Shown piece by piece: positions 29,841 through 39,940 of a stretch of DNA of 64,000 bases. Position 1 is the first letter of the stretch. Each line of letters starts with the position of its first letter. The stretch comes from Candidatus Uhrbacteria bacterium CG10_big_fil_rev_8_21_14_0_10_48_16. GTDB lineage: Bacteria > Patescibacteriota > Patescibacteriia > UBA9934 > GWF2-40-263. The notes beneath the pieces are model-generated. The model worked only from the letters and a program-made list of their open reading frames with translations, searched no databases and was not told the DNA's origin. A program made the position numbers and the translations under genes. The DNA lies in contig PFEU01000006.1 of the NCBI GenBank assembly GCA_002793515.1, positions 10,802 to 74,801 on the forward strand, given 5' to 3'.

Positions 29841-30737
29841 TTACATGGCGGCTTCGATAAAGACTTCCTCCAATCGATTGGCCTTAGGGCGAATGTCGTT
29901 GATCATAACATGTTGCTCAGAAAGATCCTGAATCATTTTTGTGACCGATGTTCCTGCAGAGAGAGACGCTTCCCAGGTAGTTGCGTTTTTTTGTTTGAGA
30001 CGATATGGACCGCCCTCTTTGAGGGGTTGGTTTGTTGTAAAGACAAATGACTGAGCGGTGAGCTCTTTAAGAAGTTCTTGGACAGGGGCGTTGCGCACCA
30101 CTTCACCCTGGCGCATCATCACGACGTGTTCACAGAGTTCCTCCGCTTCTTCTAGGTAGTGTGTTGTCAGGAGGATCGTCGTTCCCTGTGCGTGAATTTT
30201 TCGGATGAATTCCCACATTCCGCGTCGAAGCTCAACATCAACTCCCGCAGAAGGCTCATCAAGAAGAAGAATACGAGGTTCATGGACGAGCGCGCGTGCG
30301 ATCATCAGACGTCGTTTCATGCCTCCTGAAAGGGTTCGTGAATAGGCGTGGCGCTTCTCCCAGAGCCCAAGTTCTTTTAGGAGGTTTTCTGTACGTTCCT
30401 TTGCAATAGATCGAGTAACTCCATAATACCCTGCTTGATCTATGAGAATATCTTCGACTTTCTCGAAAATACTAAAGTTAAATTCCTGAGGGACGACGCC
30501 AATGAATGCTCGAGCTCGTTCTGGTTCTGCGTCAAGATCAACTCCAGAAACCGTGATTTGGCCAGATGTTTTTCGAACGAGTCCTGTAAGAATCCCAATC
30601 AGGGTTGTCTTTCCCGCTCCGTTGGCTCCCAACAGCGCGGTCATACTCCCGGCTTCAAGATTAAAAGAAATGCCTTTAAGGGCATGTGTTCCTGTAGCGT
30701 ATTTTTTTTCGATGTTTTTTAGTGTAATGGCGTGCAT
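29841..30737 (-). CDS. ABC ATPase (YadG-like)
   Basis: GANGAGKTT, LSGGMKRRLMIARAL, LDEPSAGVD; start at MHAITL. Confidence 0.92.
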   Translation of the reverse strand: MHAITLKNIEKKYATGTHALKGISFNLEAGSMTALLGANGAGKTTLIGILTGLVRKTSGQITVSGVDLDAEPERARAFIGVVPQEFNFSIFEKVEDILIDQAGYYGVTRSIAKERTENLLKELGLWEKRHAYSRTLSGGMKRRLMIARALVHEPRILLLDEPSAGVDVELRRGMWEFIRKIHAQGTTILLTTHYLEEAEELCEHVVMMRQGEVVRNAPVQELLKELTAQSFVFTTNQPLKEGGPYRLKQKNATTWEASLSAGTSVTKMIQDLSEQHVMINDIRPKANRLEEVFIEAAM

Positions 30738-30786
30738 AGCGTGTTGGATAGAGTGGGTGCATGGAGGCTGTTCAGCGAGATACTCT

Positions 30787-31287
30787 TCATGAGCTTTCCT
30801 GTAGGTACGAATCGAATTGGATGCGGTGACACGTGTACCCATCGGGATTTTTTTGAAGATAGTCCTGATGTGTCTCTTCGGCTGGGAAAAATGTATCGAG
30901 TGGCTCAAGGGTCGTGACAACAGGATTCTCCCATCGATTTGATGCGTTCACGATCTGAATCATTTCTTCTGCAAGTTGTTTTTCTTCCTCTGTTGTATAG
31001 AAAATGGCAGAACGATACGAAGTCCCAATATCATTTCCTTGTTTATTCAGTGTGGTTGGATTGTGGATGCGAAAGAAGAAATCAAGAAGTTGCTTGTAGG
31101 AAAGTTCATCTAAATTGTAGGTAATCCTTACCGCCTCAGCATGTCCTGGATGGTGTTCATACGATGGATCTTGGTTAAACCCACCCGTATATCCTGCTTC
31201 TGTGTCCGTCACGCCTGGAACGTTTCGTATAAGATCCTCAAGTCCCCAGAAACATCCTCCTGCAAGTACTGCTTGTTTGATTGACAT
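30787..31287 (-). CDS. msrA: Peptide methionine (S)-sulfoxide reductase
   Basis: GGCFWG, GHAEAV, QGNDIGTSYRS, AEETHQDYL. Confidence 0.96.
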   Translation of the reverse strand: MSIKQAVLAGGCFWGLEDLIRNVPGVTDTEAGYTGGFNQDPSYEHHPGHAEAVRITYNLDELSYKQLLDFFFRIHNPTTLNKQGNDIGTSYRSAIFYTTEEEKQLAEEMIQIVNASNRWENPVVTTLEPLDTFFPAEETHQDYLQKNPDGYTCHRIQFDSYLQESS

Positions 31288-31290
31288 ACA

Positions 31291-32508
31291 TTATGATGAA
31301 TGTTTAGCGATGAATTGAAACATTTGAGCAAACAGTTTTTTTGAGTCAAAACATTGGGAAACCGTTTTGAGCCCGTTTTGAATGAAACGTTTTCGCGTTT
31401 TTTCATGATCTAGAAGTTGTGTCAACTTTTGGGCGAGCTCACTTGCATCATTGGGTTGTACAAGAAATCCATTTTCCTCATCATGAATAATTTCGGGGAT
31501 TCCTCCAACATTTGTACCGACGACGGGAAGTCCACAGGCCATTGCTTCAATGAAAACTTGTCCAAACGTTTCATTTTCTGATGGAAGGGCAAAAACATCA
31601 GCTCCCGCATAGACTTCTGGCATTTTTTGCATGGGGAATGTTTTGACAATGACACGATCTTCCACTCCATGAATTTGGATGTACCCTTCAAGTTTATGAA
31701 GTGCGGATTCAAATTCTGCGTGAAGTCGCTGTGGAGGTTTACCGACAGCCAGAAGAAGATGAACGTCACTTCTTGTACTTTGGATTTTTGAAAATGCGTC
31801 TAAAAGATTGATGATTCCTTTTTCGGTAAGTATGTCAGAATATCCTTGTAGGATTCTTGATGCGGTGACAATAATCTTGTGTGATGAAGGAATCCCTAGA
31901 TGTTTTTTCAGCCACGTTGCATCTCGTTTCGGGGTAAATTCTTGTATGTTTACTCCAAGATATTTTGTTGAAATATGACTGATTTCAAGGCCCTTTTGAA
32001 AACAATCTCCCGCAACACTTTTACTTACGCAAAGGACTTTTTTCCAGAAGAGTCCATTAATGATTTCTGTTTGTAATGGATTCATCGAAAAAGAGTGGAG
32101 ATGAAGGAATAGGGGAATATTTTTTGAGTGACACACCATGTTTAGCATAAGGCTATAAGATGGAGGAAGACCGAGATGAAAATTTTCTGCAGTCACAGCT
32201 GAGATTTGTTTGTCCGAGATGAATGTGTTGAGAAACTCAAAGAATTCTATAGACTTATCTTTTGTTTGTTTCTTTGATTCTCTTCGTCCATCGAGCCCCT
32301 TTCGTTTCTTATAGGAAAGGTTAATAAAAGACTTGAAGTGAATTGAAACATTCTCGATCTGGACAGTTTCTTCCTTTGTCTTTGAAGGGAGAATAAAATG
32401 ATACGTTCCAGGTTGATCCTGACAAAAATCAATAAGATTTCTGATGTAACGTTCTATTCCACCAACACTTAGAAATGGAGAATTTGGGCTTATGATTAAG
32501 TGATTCAT
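31291..32508 (-). CDS. Glycosyltransferase family 4
   Basis: GGIERY; ADVFALPSENETFGQVFIEAMACG.PVV...GGIPE. Confidence 0.9.
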   Translation of the reverse strand: MNHLIISPNSPFLSVGGIERYIRNLIDFCQDQPGTYHFILPSKTKEETVQIENVSIHFKSFINLSYKKRKGLDGRRESKKQTKDKSIEFFEFLNTFISDKQISAVTAENFHLGLPPSYSLMLNMVCHSKNIPLFLHLHSFSMNPLQTEIINGLFWKKVLCVSKSVAGDCFQKGLEISHISTKYLGVNIQEFTPKRDATWLKKHLGIPSSHKIIVTASRILQGYSDILTEKGIINLLDAFSKIQSTRSDVHLLLAVGKPPQRLHAEFESALHKLEGYIQIHGVEDRVIVKTFPMQKMPEVYAGADVFALPSENETFGQVFIEAMACGLPVVGTNVGGIPEIIHDEENGFLVQPNDASELAQKLTQLLDHEKTRKRFIQNGLKTVSQCFDSKKLFAQMFQFIAKHSS

Positions 32509-32509
32509 G

Positions 32510-32911
32510 TTAGAGAGATTTCTTGAATAGAAAAAAGGCGATGCTTGCTCCAATCCAGTCATTCATGAAGTCCTTCATGGTGTCTGCAAGGGAGAGCTGA
32601 GATTGTGGAAGGTTGTACCACACATTAATCGTTTGATCGAAAATGTATTCGTGAAACTCCCAGGCCACTCCAACAAGCATGGCAAATCCGACGACGAAGG
32701 TGTAGTGGTACCAGACGGGAGAGTGAGAGGTGTGATATCGACTGGATACAGCGTGGTGGATGGCAAGGGCTAACAACGCCATCACAAATCCCCCAAGCAC
32801 ATGCATAGGGACGTCCATGTTTGGAATGGAGTAGCCATTTGTGACAAGGAGGATGCCATGAATAAGAAGGACGAGGCCGATGGCAATAAACGCGCGTTTG
32901 AAAAGTTTCAT
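32510..32911 (-). CDS. Small membrane protein (DUF2238/VanZ-like)
   Basis: D.PMH.LGG, WEFHEY, DT..D...D..G with four hydrophobic segments. Confidence 0.65.
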   Translation of the reverse strand: MKLFKRAFIAIGLVLLIHGILLVTNGYSIPNMDVPMHVLGGFVMALLALAIHHAVSSRYHTSHSPVWYHYTFVVGFAMLVGVAWEFHEYIFDQTINVWYNLPQSQLSLADTMKDFMNDWIGASIAFFLFKKSL

Positions 32912-32978
32912 AGTGGATGTATTTTATCACGAATTGAAAACACCCGTTTTTACGGGTGTTTTTCTGTGATGCTTGTGA

Positions 32979-33620
32979 TTATTCAACATCAGATTCTACG
33001 TCATCTTCCCATCCAATTTTTGGGAAGTCGATGACAGGATCGGTTTCAGGAGCGTTCATCTCCATTTCTTCATCAGCCTGTTCTGAGTCAAATTCTTCTT
33101 CTGGGTCGACGATGATGTCGCTTAAGAGACTGAGGATTTGATCAAGTTTCTGATTGATCGACATGATCTCAGATTTTAGACTTGGACCGACAGGTGCTGG
33201 ACCTGATGGGCGTTGTCGTGGTCGATCTTCTGATCGATCATTGAATCCACCAAATGAAGGTTTTCGATCAAAACGGCTTGATGATGATCCACCATCGGCC
33301 CCACGAAAACAGTCTCGGCATAGGACAGGTTTGCTTCCATTTGGTTTAAATGGAACGGTACAGTTGTTTCCACACTCGTTACAACGAGCTGGGAAACTTG
33401 GCTTGTCTCCTCCAAAACCACCTCCGTAAGAACTTCCACCACGGTTTCCACCGTACGAACTTCCTCCTCTATTTCCACCGTACGAACTTCCACCACGGTT
33501 TCCACCGTACGAATTTCCGCCACTGCGGTCACCTCCGTAGGAACTTCCTCCTCGGCTTCCACCGTAGGAACTTCCACCACTTCTTCCTCCTGCATTAAAA
33601 TCGCGTTTCGCGTATGCCAT
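32979..33620 (-). CDS. CxxC-x17-CxxC zinc-ribbon protein with Gly/Ser/Tyr repeats
   Basis: CNECGNNCTVPFKPNGSKPVLCRDCF; N-terminal GGSSYGGNR repeats; acidic tail; terminator at 32937-32962. Confidence 0.88.
   Translation of the reverse strand: MAYAKRDFNAGGRSGGSSYGGSRGGSSYGGDRSGGNSYGGNRGGSSYGGNRGGSSYGGNRGGSSYGGGFGGDKPSFPARCNECGNNCTVPFKPNGSKPVLCRDCFRGADGGSSSSRFDRKPSFGGFNDRSEDRPRQRPSGPAPVGPSLKSEIMSINQKLDQILSLLSDIIVDPEEEFDSEQADEEMEMNAPETDPVIDFPKIGWEDDVESDVE
33415..33580 (-). repeat. Intragenic tandem repeat of about 27 bp, six units (GGSSYGG[NSD]R)
   Basis: Recurring CC(A/T)CCGTA(C/G/A)GAA(C/T)TTCC on the + strand. Confidence 0.85.
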
Positions 33621-33667
33621 AACTATTTATATTGCATTGATAACGGCTGAAGACTACGCCCGAATGC

Positions 33668-35479
33668 CTATTCTGTCAAGGGAGGAGTCTGGGACTCAGA
33701 TCGACGTACATCAATCTGTTCCTGTGTGTGAAGCCATTCTTTTTCAAGAGTTGTCAGATGTTCATCTAATTCAGCCAATCTTTGAGATTTTGAAGGGGAA
33801 TAATCGGTCGGGTTATCGAAGAAATAAGAGAGAATCTCGCTTTTTTCTCGATCAAACGTCTCGATTCGCTTATTGAGACGCTCTTGAATTCGTTGGAATT
33901 CTTTGATTTGTGCATGGAGTTCCGTACGTTGTTGGGCGGTGGAGTGACCCAAGGATGAGAGCGTTTTATCCTCCTTCATGTCTGTTTCCATAAGGTCAGC
34001 AAGATCGTCCACATAATCTTCATAGGATCCCATATAGCGTCGAACCGTGCCTCCTCGGACCTCAAAGATCTTGTTGACCAAGGTTTCAACGAATGTTCGT
34101 GCGTGAGAAATGATGATCACGGTTCCTTCATATTCCTTAAGGGCAACAGCGAGGGCTTCTGTTGTTTCAACGTCGAGATGGTTGGTTGGTTCATCAAGAA
34201 GAAGAACGTTGTGATTGTGTAAGAGGACGCCAGCCAAACAGAGTCGAGCACGTTCGCCTCCACTGAGAATCGTTGTTGGTTTATCCAGATCATCACCACG
34301 AAAAAGAAAGTTCCCAGCCATCATAAGGATGCGTTCCCCAGACGCATCAGGTGGAGCCATTCTAGTCAGATAGGTTAATACGGTTTCTTTCTCGATGATG
34401 GTCGCTTCTGTTTTTTGATCGTAGTATCCGATGTCGGCTTTGTGCCACCATGCAAAGGTTCCTTCCAGGGCGGGAATTTTTCCCGCGAGCGTTTTGAGCA
34501 ATGTGGATTTCCCGCGACCGTTTTCCCCCGCAATCACAACTTTTTCTCCACGCATGATTTCCAGATTGATGTTTTGGACGACAACAAAATCTCCATAGCC
34601 AATATGAAGGTTCTGTGTTCTTACAGCTGTTCCCGGAATCACGTGAGGGGAAGGAATAGTAATGCGTGTGGTCGCAAGAGCAGAATCAATTTTTGATATT
34701 TTCCCGCGGAGCTTGGCAATATGTTTTATCTTGCTTTGGGCGCGTGAGGCGAGACTCGCTTTGTAGCGAAAGCGGTCAACAAATTCTTGGTGGTGGGCGA
34801 CCTCTCGAGAGAGACGTTTATTTGACCGAAGTTCGAATTCAAGTTGCTCGCGTTTGAACGCAAGATAATCGTCTACGGGACCTTTGTAAGAGGTGAGAGA
34901 ACCGCGTTCAATTTCAAATGTGTGTGTGCAAGTATTTTGGAGAAACGTACGGTCGTGAGCAGCGAGAACGAATGCCCCATTGTATCCTTGGAGGAATCGC
35001 TCGAGAAAGAGGAGTGTTTGGAGGTCGAGGTAGTTTACAGGTTCATCCAACAGAAGAAGGTTTGGTTCCAGGAGAAGCATGGCGACAAGCTTTACACGCA
35101 TTTGGTATCCACCGGATAAATGGGCAGGAGCTTTTTCAAGATCACTTGCATGCAATCCAAACTCGGCAGATTGCTTTCGAACGATCCATTCCGGCTTCTC
35201 ACTTTTTTGTTCCAGGTATTCCTGTGTAGAAATATGATCAGGAAGCACCTCATGTTGTTCCACAACTCCGACGCGTGCATTTGGATAGAATTGTACGTCT
35301 CCACCGTCGGCCTGCTCAGTCCCCATGAGAATTTTAAGGAGCGTTGATTTTCCTGCCCCGTTTCGGCCGATAAGAGCTACCTTTTGTTTTTCTGTTACAA
35401 GAAAAGATAGATCGTCTAAGACCACCTGCAATCCATACGCTTTTTTGAGATTCCGTCCTTCGACGAGGGGATGGGGCAT
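33668..35479 (-). CDS. ABC-F family ATPase
   Basis: Two NBDs (GRNGAGKST/LSGG/LDEP.NYLD and GENGRGKST/LSGGE/LDEPTNHLD), no TM, coiled-coil tail. Confidence 0.93.
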   Translation of the reverse strand: MPHPLVEGRNLKKAYGLQVVLDDLSFLVTEKQKVALIGRNGAGKSTLLKILMGTEQADGGDVQFYPNARVGVVEQHEVLPDHISTQEYLEQKSEKPEWIVRKQSAEFGLHASDLEKAPAHLSGGYQMRVKLVAMLLLEPNLLLLDEPVNYLDLQTLLFLERFLQGYNGAFVLAAHDRTFLQNTCTHTFEIERGSLTSYKGPVDDYLAFKREQLEFELRSNKRLSREVAHHQEFVDRFRYKASLASRAQSKIKHIAKLRGKISKIDSALATTRITIPSPHVIPGTAVRTQNLHIGYGDFVVVQNINLEIMRGEKVVIAGENGRGKSTLLKTLAGKIPALEGTFAWWHKADIGYYDQKTEATIIEKETVLTYLTRMAPPDASGERILMMAGNFLFRGDDLDKPTTILSGGERARLCLAGVLLHNHNVLLLDEPTNHLDVETTEALAVALKEYEGTVIIISHARTFVETLVNKIFEVRGGTVRRYMGSYEDYVDDLADLMETDMKEDKTLSSLGHSTAQQRTELHAQIKEFQRIQERLNKRIETFDREKSEILSYFFDNPTDYSPSKSQRLAELDEHLTTLEKEWLHTQEQIDVRRSESQTPPLTE

Positions 35480-35554
35480 ACTGACGCTAGTCTAACACAT
35501 CTGTTAAAAAGTCTTGTAGGGGCAGGCGCTCGTTATTTGTTATACTATTTGCGT

Positions 35555-36964
35555 ATGCATGAATCGTCTCAGAAGCGAAAACAAGAATTTCCAAAACCAA
35601 TTCCCTTCAAAAGGCTCATTGGTCCAAGTTTTGTGATACTGGCACTGGGGTTAGGCTCAGGAGAAGTGATTCTTTGGCCGTATCTCGCATCTAATTATGG
35701 ACTTGGAATTGCGTGGGGGGCGTTGCTGGGAATTACGTTTCAATACTTCATCAACATGGAGATTGAACGGTATGCTCTTGTGAAAGGGGAGAGTGTGTTT
35801 GTTGGGATTGGGAAACTTTGGAAGTCCGCTCCGTATTGGTTTATTCTTTCGACATTTGTGGGGTTTGGACTCCCTGGGATTATTGCGGCGTCTGCGCATG
35901 TGTTTGCTTCTTTCATTGGAGTTGAGTCCTTTGAGTGGATTGCTATTGCCTTTCTGCTTGGTATTGGGGTTATTCTCAGTTCAGGAAAGACGGTTTATGG
36001 ACTCATGGAGAAACTGACACGATCGATTATTTTGATTGGTGTTCCACTTATTTTTCTCCTGACGATTGTTCTGAGTCAGAAGGCAGATTGGGGAGCCCTT
36101 GCGGGAGGGCTTATCGGTCAAGGAGATGGGTATACGTTCTTTCCGGAAGGAGTGGCCTTGGCGACATTTCTTGCGGCGTTTGCGTACTCGGGTGCAGGGG
36201 GAAATCTGAATTTGACGCAGTCTATTTACGTGAAGGAAAAAGGCTATGGCATGGGGAAGTATGCAACAAAACTCTCCGGACTCTTTCATAAAAAGGGCGT
36301 GCGTGAAGAGATTCAGTTAGAGGGAACGGATTTCGATGATACTCCAGAGGCACGTAAACGATTCTCGGTGTGGTGGAAGCGAATCAGTCTTGAACATGCT
36401 TTAGTGTTTTGGTTCATTGGGGCTATTTCGATTCTTCTTTTGATGCTTCTTGCCTACGTCACAACATTTACTCTCAACGGGAATACAGAGGGGATTAGTT
36501 TTGTGATACGAGAAGGCGTCGCGATTGGGGAGGCTCTTGGTCCAGCGTTCGGTGCAGGATTTCTTCTTGTGGTTGCGGTGATGCTCTTTCAAACACAATT
36601 AGGAGTGATGGATTCGACATCGCGCATTATGGCGGAGAATGCATCCATTTCCTACATGCGTATCAAAAAAGAGACGTCCGTGCCTCTTTCAAAGATCTAT
36701 TATGCCTTTTTGTGGGGACAGATTGCGTTTGGGGTCCTTCTTTTCCTGCTAGGTCTTTCTGAACCAAAGTTTCTCCTTGTTCTTGGGGCCGTGATTAATG
36801 CGATTGCGATGTTTGTGCACATTGGTCTGGTTTCTATTCTCAATGTTCGATCGATCCCAACATTCTATCAGCCATCACTCTTGCGGAGGATGTTGCTGGG
36901 AGGGATATTCCTCTTCTTTGGAGTCTTCAGTGTGATCGTGGTTGCAAACCAGTTTTTTCTATAA
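35555..36964 (+). CDS. Nramp-like/APC-superfamily transporter
   Basis: GPSFVILALGLGSGEVILWP; AYSGAGG; about 11 hydrophobic segments. Confidence 0.75.
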   Translation: MHESSQKRKQEFPKPIPFKRLIGPSFVILALGLGSGEVILWPYLASNYGLGIAWGALLGITFQYFINMEIERYALVKGESVFVGIGKLWKSAPYWFILSTFVGFGLPGIIAASAHVFASFIGVESFEWIAIAFLLGIGVILSSGKTVYGLMEKLTRSIILIGVPLIFLLTIVLSQKADWGALAGGLIGQGDGYTFFPEGVALATFLAAFAYSGAGGNLNLTQSIYVKEKGYGMGKYATKLSGLFHKKGVREEIQLEGTDFDDTPEARKRFSVWWKRISLEHALVFWFIGAISILLLMLLAYVTTFTLNGNTEGISFVIREGVAIGEALGPAFGAGFLLVVAVMLFQTQLGVMDSTSRIMAENASISYMRIKKETSVPLSKIYYAFLWGQIAFGVLLFLLGLSEPKFLLVLGAVINAIAMFVHIGLVSILNVRSIPTFYQPSLLRRMLLGGIFLFFGVFSVIVVANQFFL

Positions 36965-36985
36965 ATAAACAGTCCTGAGATTTTC

Positions 36986-37864
36986 TCAGGACTGAGGCAT
37001 GGATTGTTTACAGGTGTCTGAACACCAAATGACCCTCGGATCACAGGTCTCGCAGATGATGAGCTGTTTATGACAGGCACTCCAAGCGCAGTTGCCGAAA
37101 CGTTCACTTGTTGTCGCACATCCTGTGCAGACTCCTATAACCTCGTAGTCATCGGTAAATTGTTCCGTCATCCGCTCATCGAAGACATAGAGTGATCCTT
37201 CAAAGTTTTGACCAGGATATTTTTTCATGTACGTTCCGATCCCGCCATGGAGTTGGTGAACTTGATCAAACCCCTCGTTCAATAAAAGTCCTGAGGCTTT
37301 CTCACAACGGACGCCATAGGTACACACAGTGAGGATTTTCTTTCCTTTGAGATGTTCGAGATTTGGAACGATTTCTTTTAGATCACGAAAGTTCCTCATG
37401 CCCGGATCGATCGATCCCTTGAATCGACCAACGCTCAATTCATAATCATTACGCATGTCGATGATCGCAAAGTCTTCGCCATTGGTGAACCATGTGTGAA
37501 GTTCTTCTGGTTCAATGTGTGTTCCCGTGGTTTGGTTGGGGTCGATATCTGCGTCTCCCTCGAGGCCGATATTGAGAATATGTGGACGAACTTTGATTTT
37601 CAGTTTTCGAAACGCCGTTCCTGTTCCGGGACTTGCTTTGAACCAGAGATCTTGAAAGTCTCCAAACGTTGTTTGATGAAGAGAGGATTTAAATTGATCT
37701 AATTGCTCTCGGGTTCCCTCAACACTTCCATTGATGCCCTCGTGTGCAATAAGAATACGCCCCTTCATTTCAAGGGACTCACACAGTGTTCGGATCCAAT
37801 TCATGAATCCGGTTGGATCTGAAACAGAAGTGTATTTATAGAAGATGATGACTTCGTAAGGCAT
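36986..37864 (-). CDS. trhO: Rhodanese-domain tRNA U34 hydroxylase-like protein (TrhO/YceA, UPF0176)
   Basis: FYKY, GRILIAHEGINGS, IDMRNDYE..VG.F.G, CTYGVRCEKAS, LHGGI..Y, G.LYVFDER. Confidence 0.85.
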   Translation of the reverse strand: MPYEVIIFYKYTSVSDPTGFMNWIRTLCESLEMKGRILIAHEGINGSVEGTREQLDQFKSSLHQTTFGDFQDLWFKASPGTGTAFRKLKIKVRPHILNIGLEGDADIDPNQTTGTHIEPEELHTWFTNGEDFAIIDMRNDYELSVGRFKGSIDPGMRNFRDLKEIVPNLEHLKGKKILTVCTYGVRCEKASGLLLNEGFDQVHQLHGGIGTYMKKYPGQNFEGSLYVFDERMTEQFTDDYEVIGVCTGCATTSERFGNCAWSACHKQLIICETCDPRVIWCSDTCKQSMPQS

Positions 37865-37904
37865 ACGTGGCTATCAATGATGGGAGGGCTGACCTCCGTT
37901 TTGA

Positions 37905-38675
37905 CTATTCCATCATGGCTGTCGCGATCATGATCGCCAAACCGGTTAAAAATATGAGGAAATGGAGAGGAATACTTGCGCGACTTCCGCCGTGTGTTGC
38001 ATTGTGTCGAAGCTCCGGGAGAAGGTCGGCGGCAGAAATATAGATGAACCCACCGATGGCAATCGGGATCAAGACAGGAACGGTCCACTCAACGGAACCG
38101 GCCAGAAAATACCCAACGACTCCACCCACAACAACCGTGAGGGCAGCCATTCCGTTATAGACAGCTGCGCGGATTTTTGAGAATCCTCCATGAACGAGTA
38201 CGGCGTAGTCGCCGAGCTCCTGTGGAATTTCGTGGAAGGCAATTGCGGCGGTGGTTGCAACTCCCAAGGATGGTGAGACACTAAACGCGGCCGCGATAAT
38301 AAGCCCGTCGATGAAATTATGGATGGTGTCTGAGTAAAGAACCAAGTGGGCAAAAGGTTTCTCTGTGGGCTCGCAGTGGTCTGCATTGTGGCAATGGTGC
38401 CAAGAAAAAAATTGTTCAAAGAGGAATGACGCCACGAAGGAACTGACAATAAGAAGCATGATCGTAAACAGATCGATCGCTCCTTCCTGGGAGAGTTCAA
38501 TCGCTTCCGGGAGCAAATGGAAGAACGCATTTCCCAGCATCGCTCCGGCGGAGAGGGCGACGAGGGTCAGCATGTCAGCGTGCACATGCTTTTTTAGGGA
38601 GGTGAGAACAATGACCCCTGTGAGCGAGAGCCCTGCGATAATCGCCGTTGCTATCAGAATGTAGATAAAAGTCAT
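37905..38675 (-). CDS. ZIP-family zinc transporter
   Basis: HNFIDG, HEIPQELGD, His-rich loop. Confidence 0.92.
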   Translation of the reverse strand: MTFIYILIATAIIAGLSLTGVIVLTSLKKHVHADMLTLVALSAGAMLGNAFFHLLPEAIELSQEGAIDLFTIMLLIVSSFVASFLFEQFFSWHHCHNADHCEPTEKPFAHLVLYSDTIHNFIDGLIIAAAFSVSPSLGVATTAAIAFHEIPQELGDYAVLVHGGFSKIRAAVYNGMAALTVVVGGVVGYFLAGSVEWTVPVLIPIAIGGFIYISAADLLPELRHNATHGGSRASIPLHFLIFLTGLAIMIATAMME

Positions 38676-38684
38676 AAGAGTAGG

Positions 38685-39038
38685 TTACGCGCACGTTTCG
38701 CACGTGCCGATAAATTCTAAATGATGGGTTTCTTGTTTTGGGATAGGGCAGGGAACGCATTCGATAACGTCACAGGTATCGCAGACACGGTGGTCGTGGT
38801 GTGTGACGCCAGCGCGTTCGAAATGACTTTGTCCATCATGGGCATGGACATCTGACACAAGTCCACTCGCAACGAGCTTTGTGAGATTTCGGTAGACGGT
38901 AGAAAGATCTAGATGAGGAAGGGCCTCGTGAATCTCCTTAGCTGTCCATGTGCGGGTGGACTCAAAGAGTTCCAGGATTTGCTCTCGATCCTTCGTGTGG
39001 CGCAGTCCTGCAGAATGGAGTTGGTTGCGTGTACTCAT
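38685..39038 (-). CDS. Fur-family regulator, probably Zur
   Basis: T..R..IL, STVYRNL, HHDH.VC..C, terminal CETC; directly upstream of the ZIP gene. Confidence 0.88.
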   Translation of the reverse strand: MSTRNQLHSAGLRHTKDREQILELFESTRTWTAKEIHEALPHLDLSTVYRNLTKLVASGLVSDVHAHDGQSHFERAGVTHHDHRVCDTCDVIECVPCPIPKQETHHLEFIGTCETCA

Positions 39039-39058
39039 AAGCAAACAAAAGCAGAGCC

Positions 39059-39087
39059 ATTATGCAAATTGATTTGCATGTTGTCAA
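39059..39087 (-). promoter_or_regulatory. Sigma70 promoter with Fur/Zur-type operator
   Basis: TTGACA-17-CATAAT on the minus strand; palindrome ATGCAAAT-N2-ATTTGCAT at 39062-39079. Confidence 0.75.
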
Positions 39088-39102
39088 TGGGGTTTGTGGA
39101 AC

Positions 39103-39909
39103 TTAATAGGTGAGGGTGATCTCAACCGGACAGTGGTCTGATCCCATAACCGTTGGGTGAATGGAAGCGCTGGTAAGGCGTTTTTTCAGTTTTGAGCTTA
39201 CGAAAAAATAGTCGATGCGCCACCCGACGTTTCGGGCGCGGGCGCCACCGAAGTTGCTCCACCAGGTGTAGGCGTCTGTGGTATCAGGATAGAAGTGGCG
39301 GAAGGTATCAATAAAGCCGGCTTCGACGAGCTTGTCCGCGCCTTCGCGCTCCTCATCGGTGAAGCCAGCATTTTTCCGGTTGTCCTTTGGGCGTGCCAGG
39401 TCAATTTCTTTGTGGGCGACATTGAGATCGCCACAGAAGACCACAGGCTTCTTTTTCTCAAGCTCCTTCATGTACGATAAAAACGCAGGATCCCAGATCG
39501 TGTGACGGAACTTCAGACGGGCAAGATCACGCTTGGCGTTTGGTGTGTAGACGGTGACGAGGAAAAAGTCCTCGAACTCCATGGTGATGATACGACCCTC
39601 CCTGAGGGGCTGACCAAATCGATCTTCAAATAGGGTTGGATCCGCATCAGGAATGTCGTAGGTAATGGAGAGGGGTTTGAGCTTTGTAAAGATCGCCGTA
39701 CCGGCATAGCCTGCTTTTTCTGCCGAGTTCCAAATTTCCTCGTATTCAGGCAGATCAATTTCCGCTTGACCTTGCTTGGCCTTTGTTTCTTGTAGACACA
39801 GAATGTCCGGCTGATGCTTCTTCACAAATGGGATAAACGCCTCTTTACGCAAAACCGCACGCAGACCATTGACGTTCCAGGAAATAAGTTTGAGGGGACG
39901 GTTGGGCAT
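39103..39909 (-). CDS. xth: Exodeoxyribonuclease III
   Basis: SWNVNGLRA, LQETK, GDLNVAH, YTWWS, GWRIDY, SDHCP. Confidence 0.96.
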   Translation of the reverse strand: MPNRPLKLISWNVNGLRAVLRKEAFIPFVKKHQPDILCLQETKAKQGQAEIDLPEYEEIWNSAEKAGYAGTAIFTKLKPLSITYDIPDADPTLFEDRFGQPLREGRIITMEFEDFFLVTVYTPNAKRDLARLKFRHTIWDPAFLSYMKELEKKKPVVFCGDLNVAHKEIDLARPKDNRKNAGFTDEEREGADKLVEAGFIDTFRHFYPDTTDAYTWWSNFGGARARNVGWRIDYFFVSSKLKKRLTSASIHPTVMGSDHCPVEITLTY

Positions 39910-39940
39910 AAGGCTATAAAACAGGAGGAAGTGTTAATTT

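Noticed and set aside
33415-33580. Possible CRISPR array
   Set aside because: In-frame 27-bp coding repeats without unique spacers; no cas genes.
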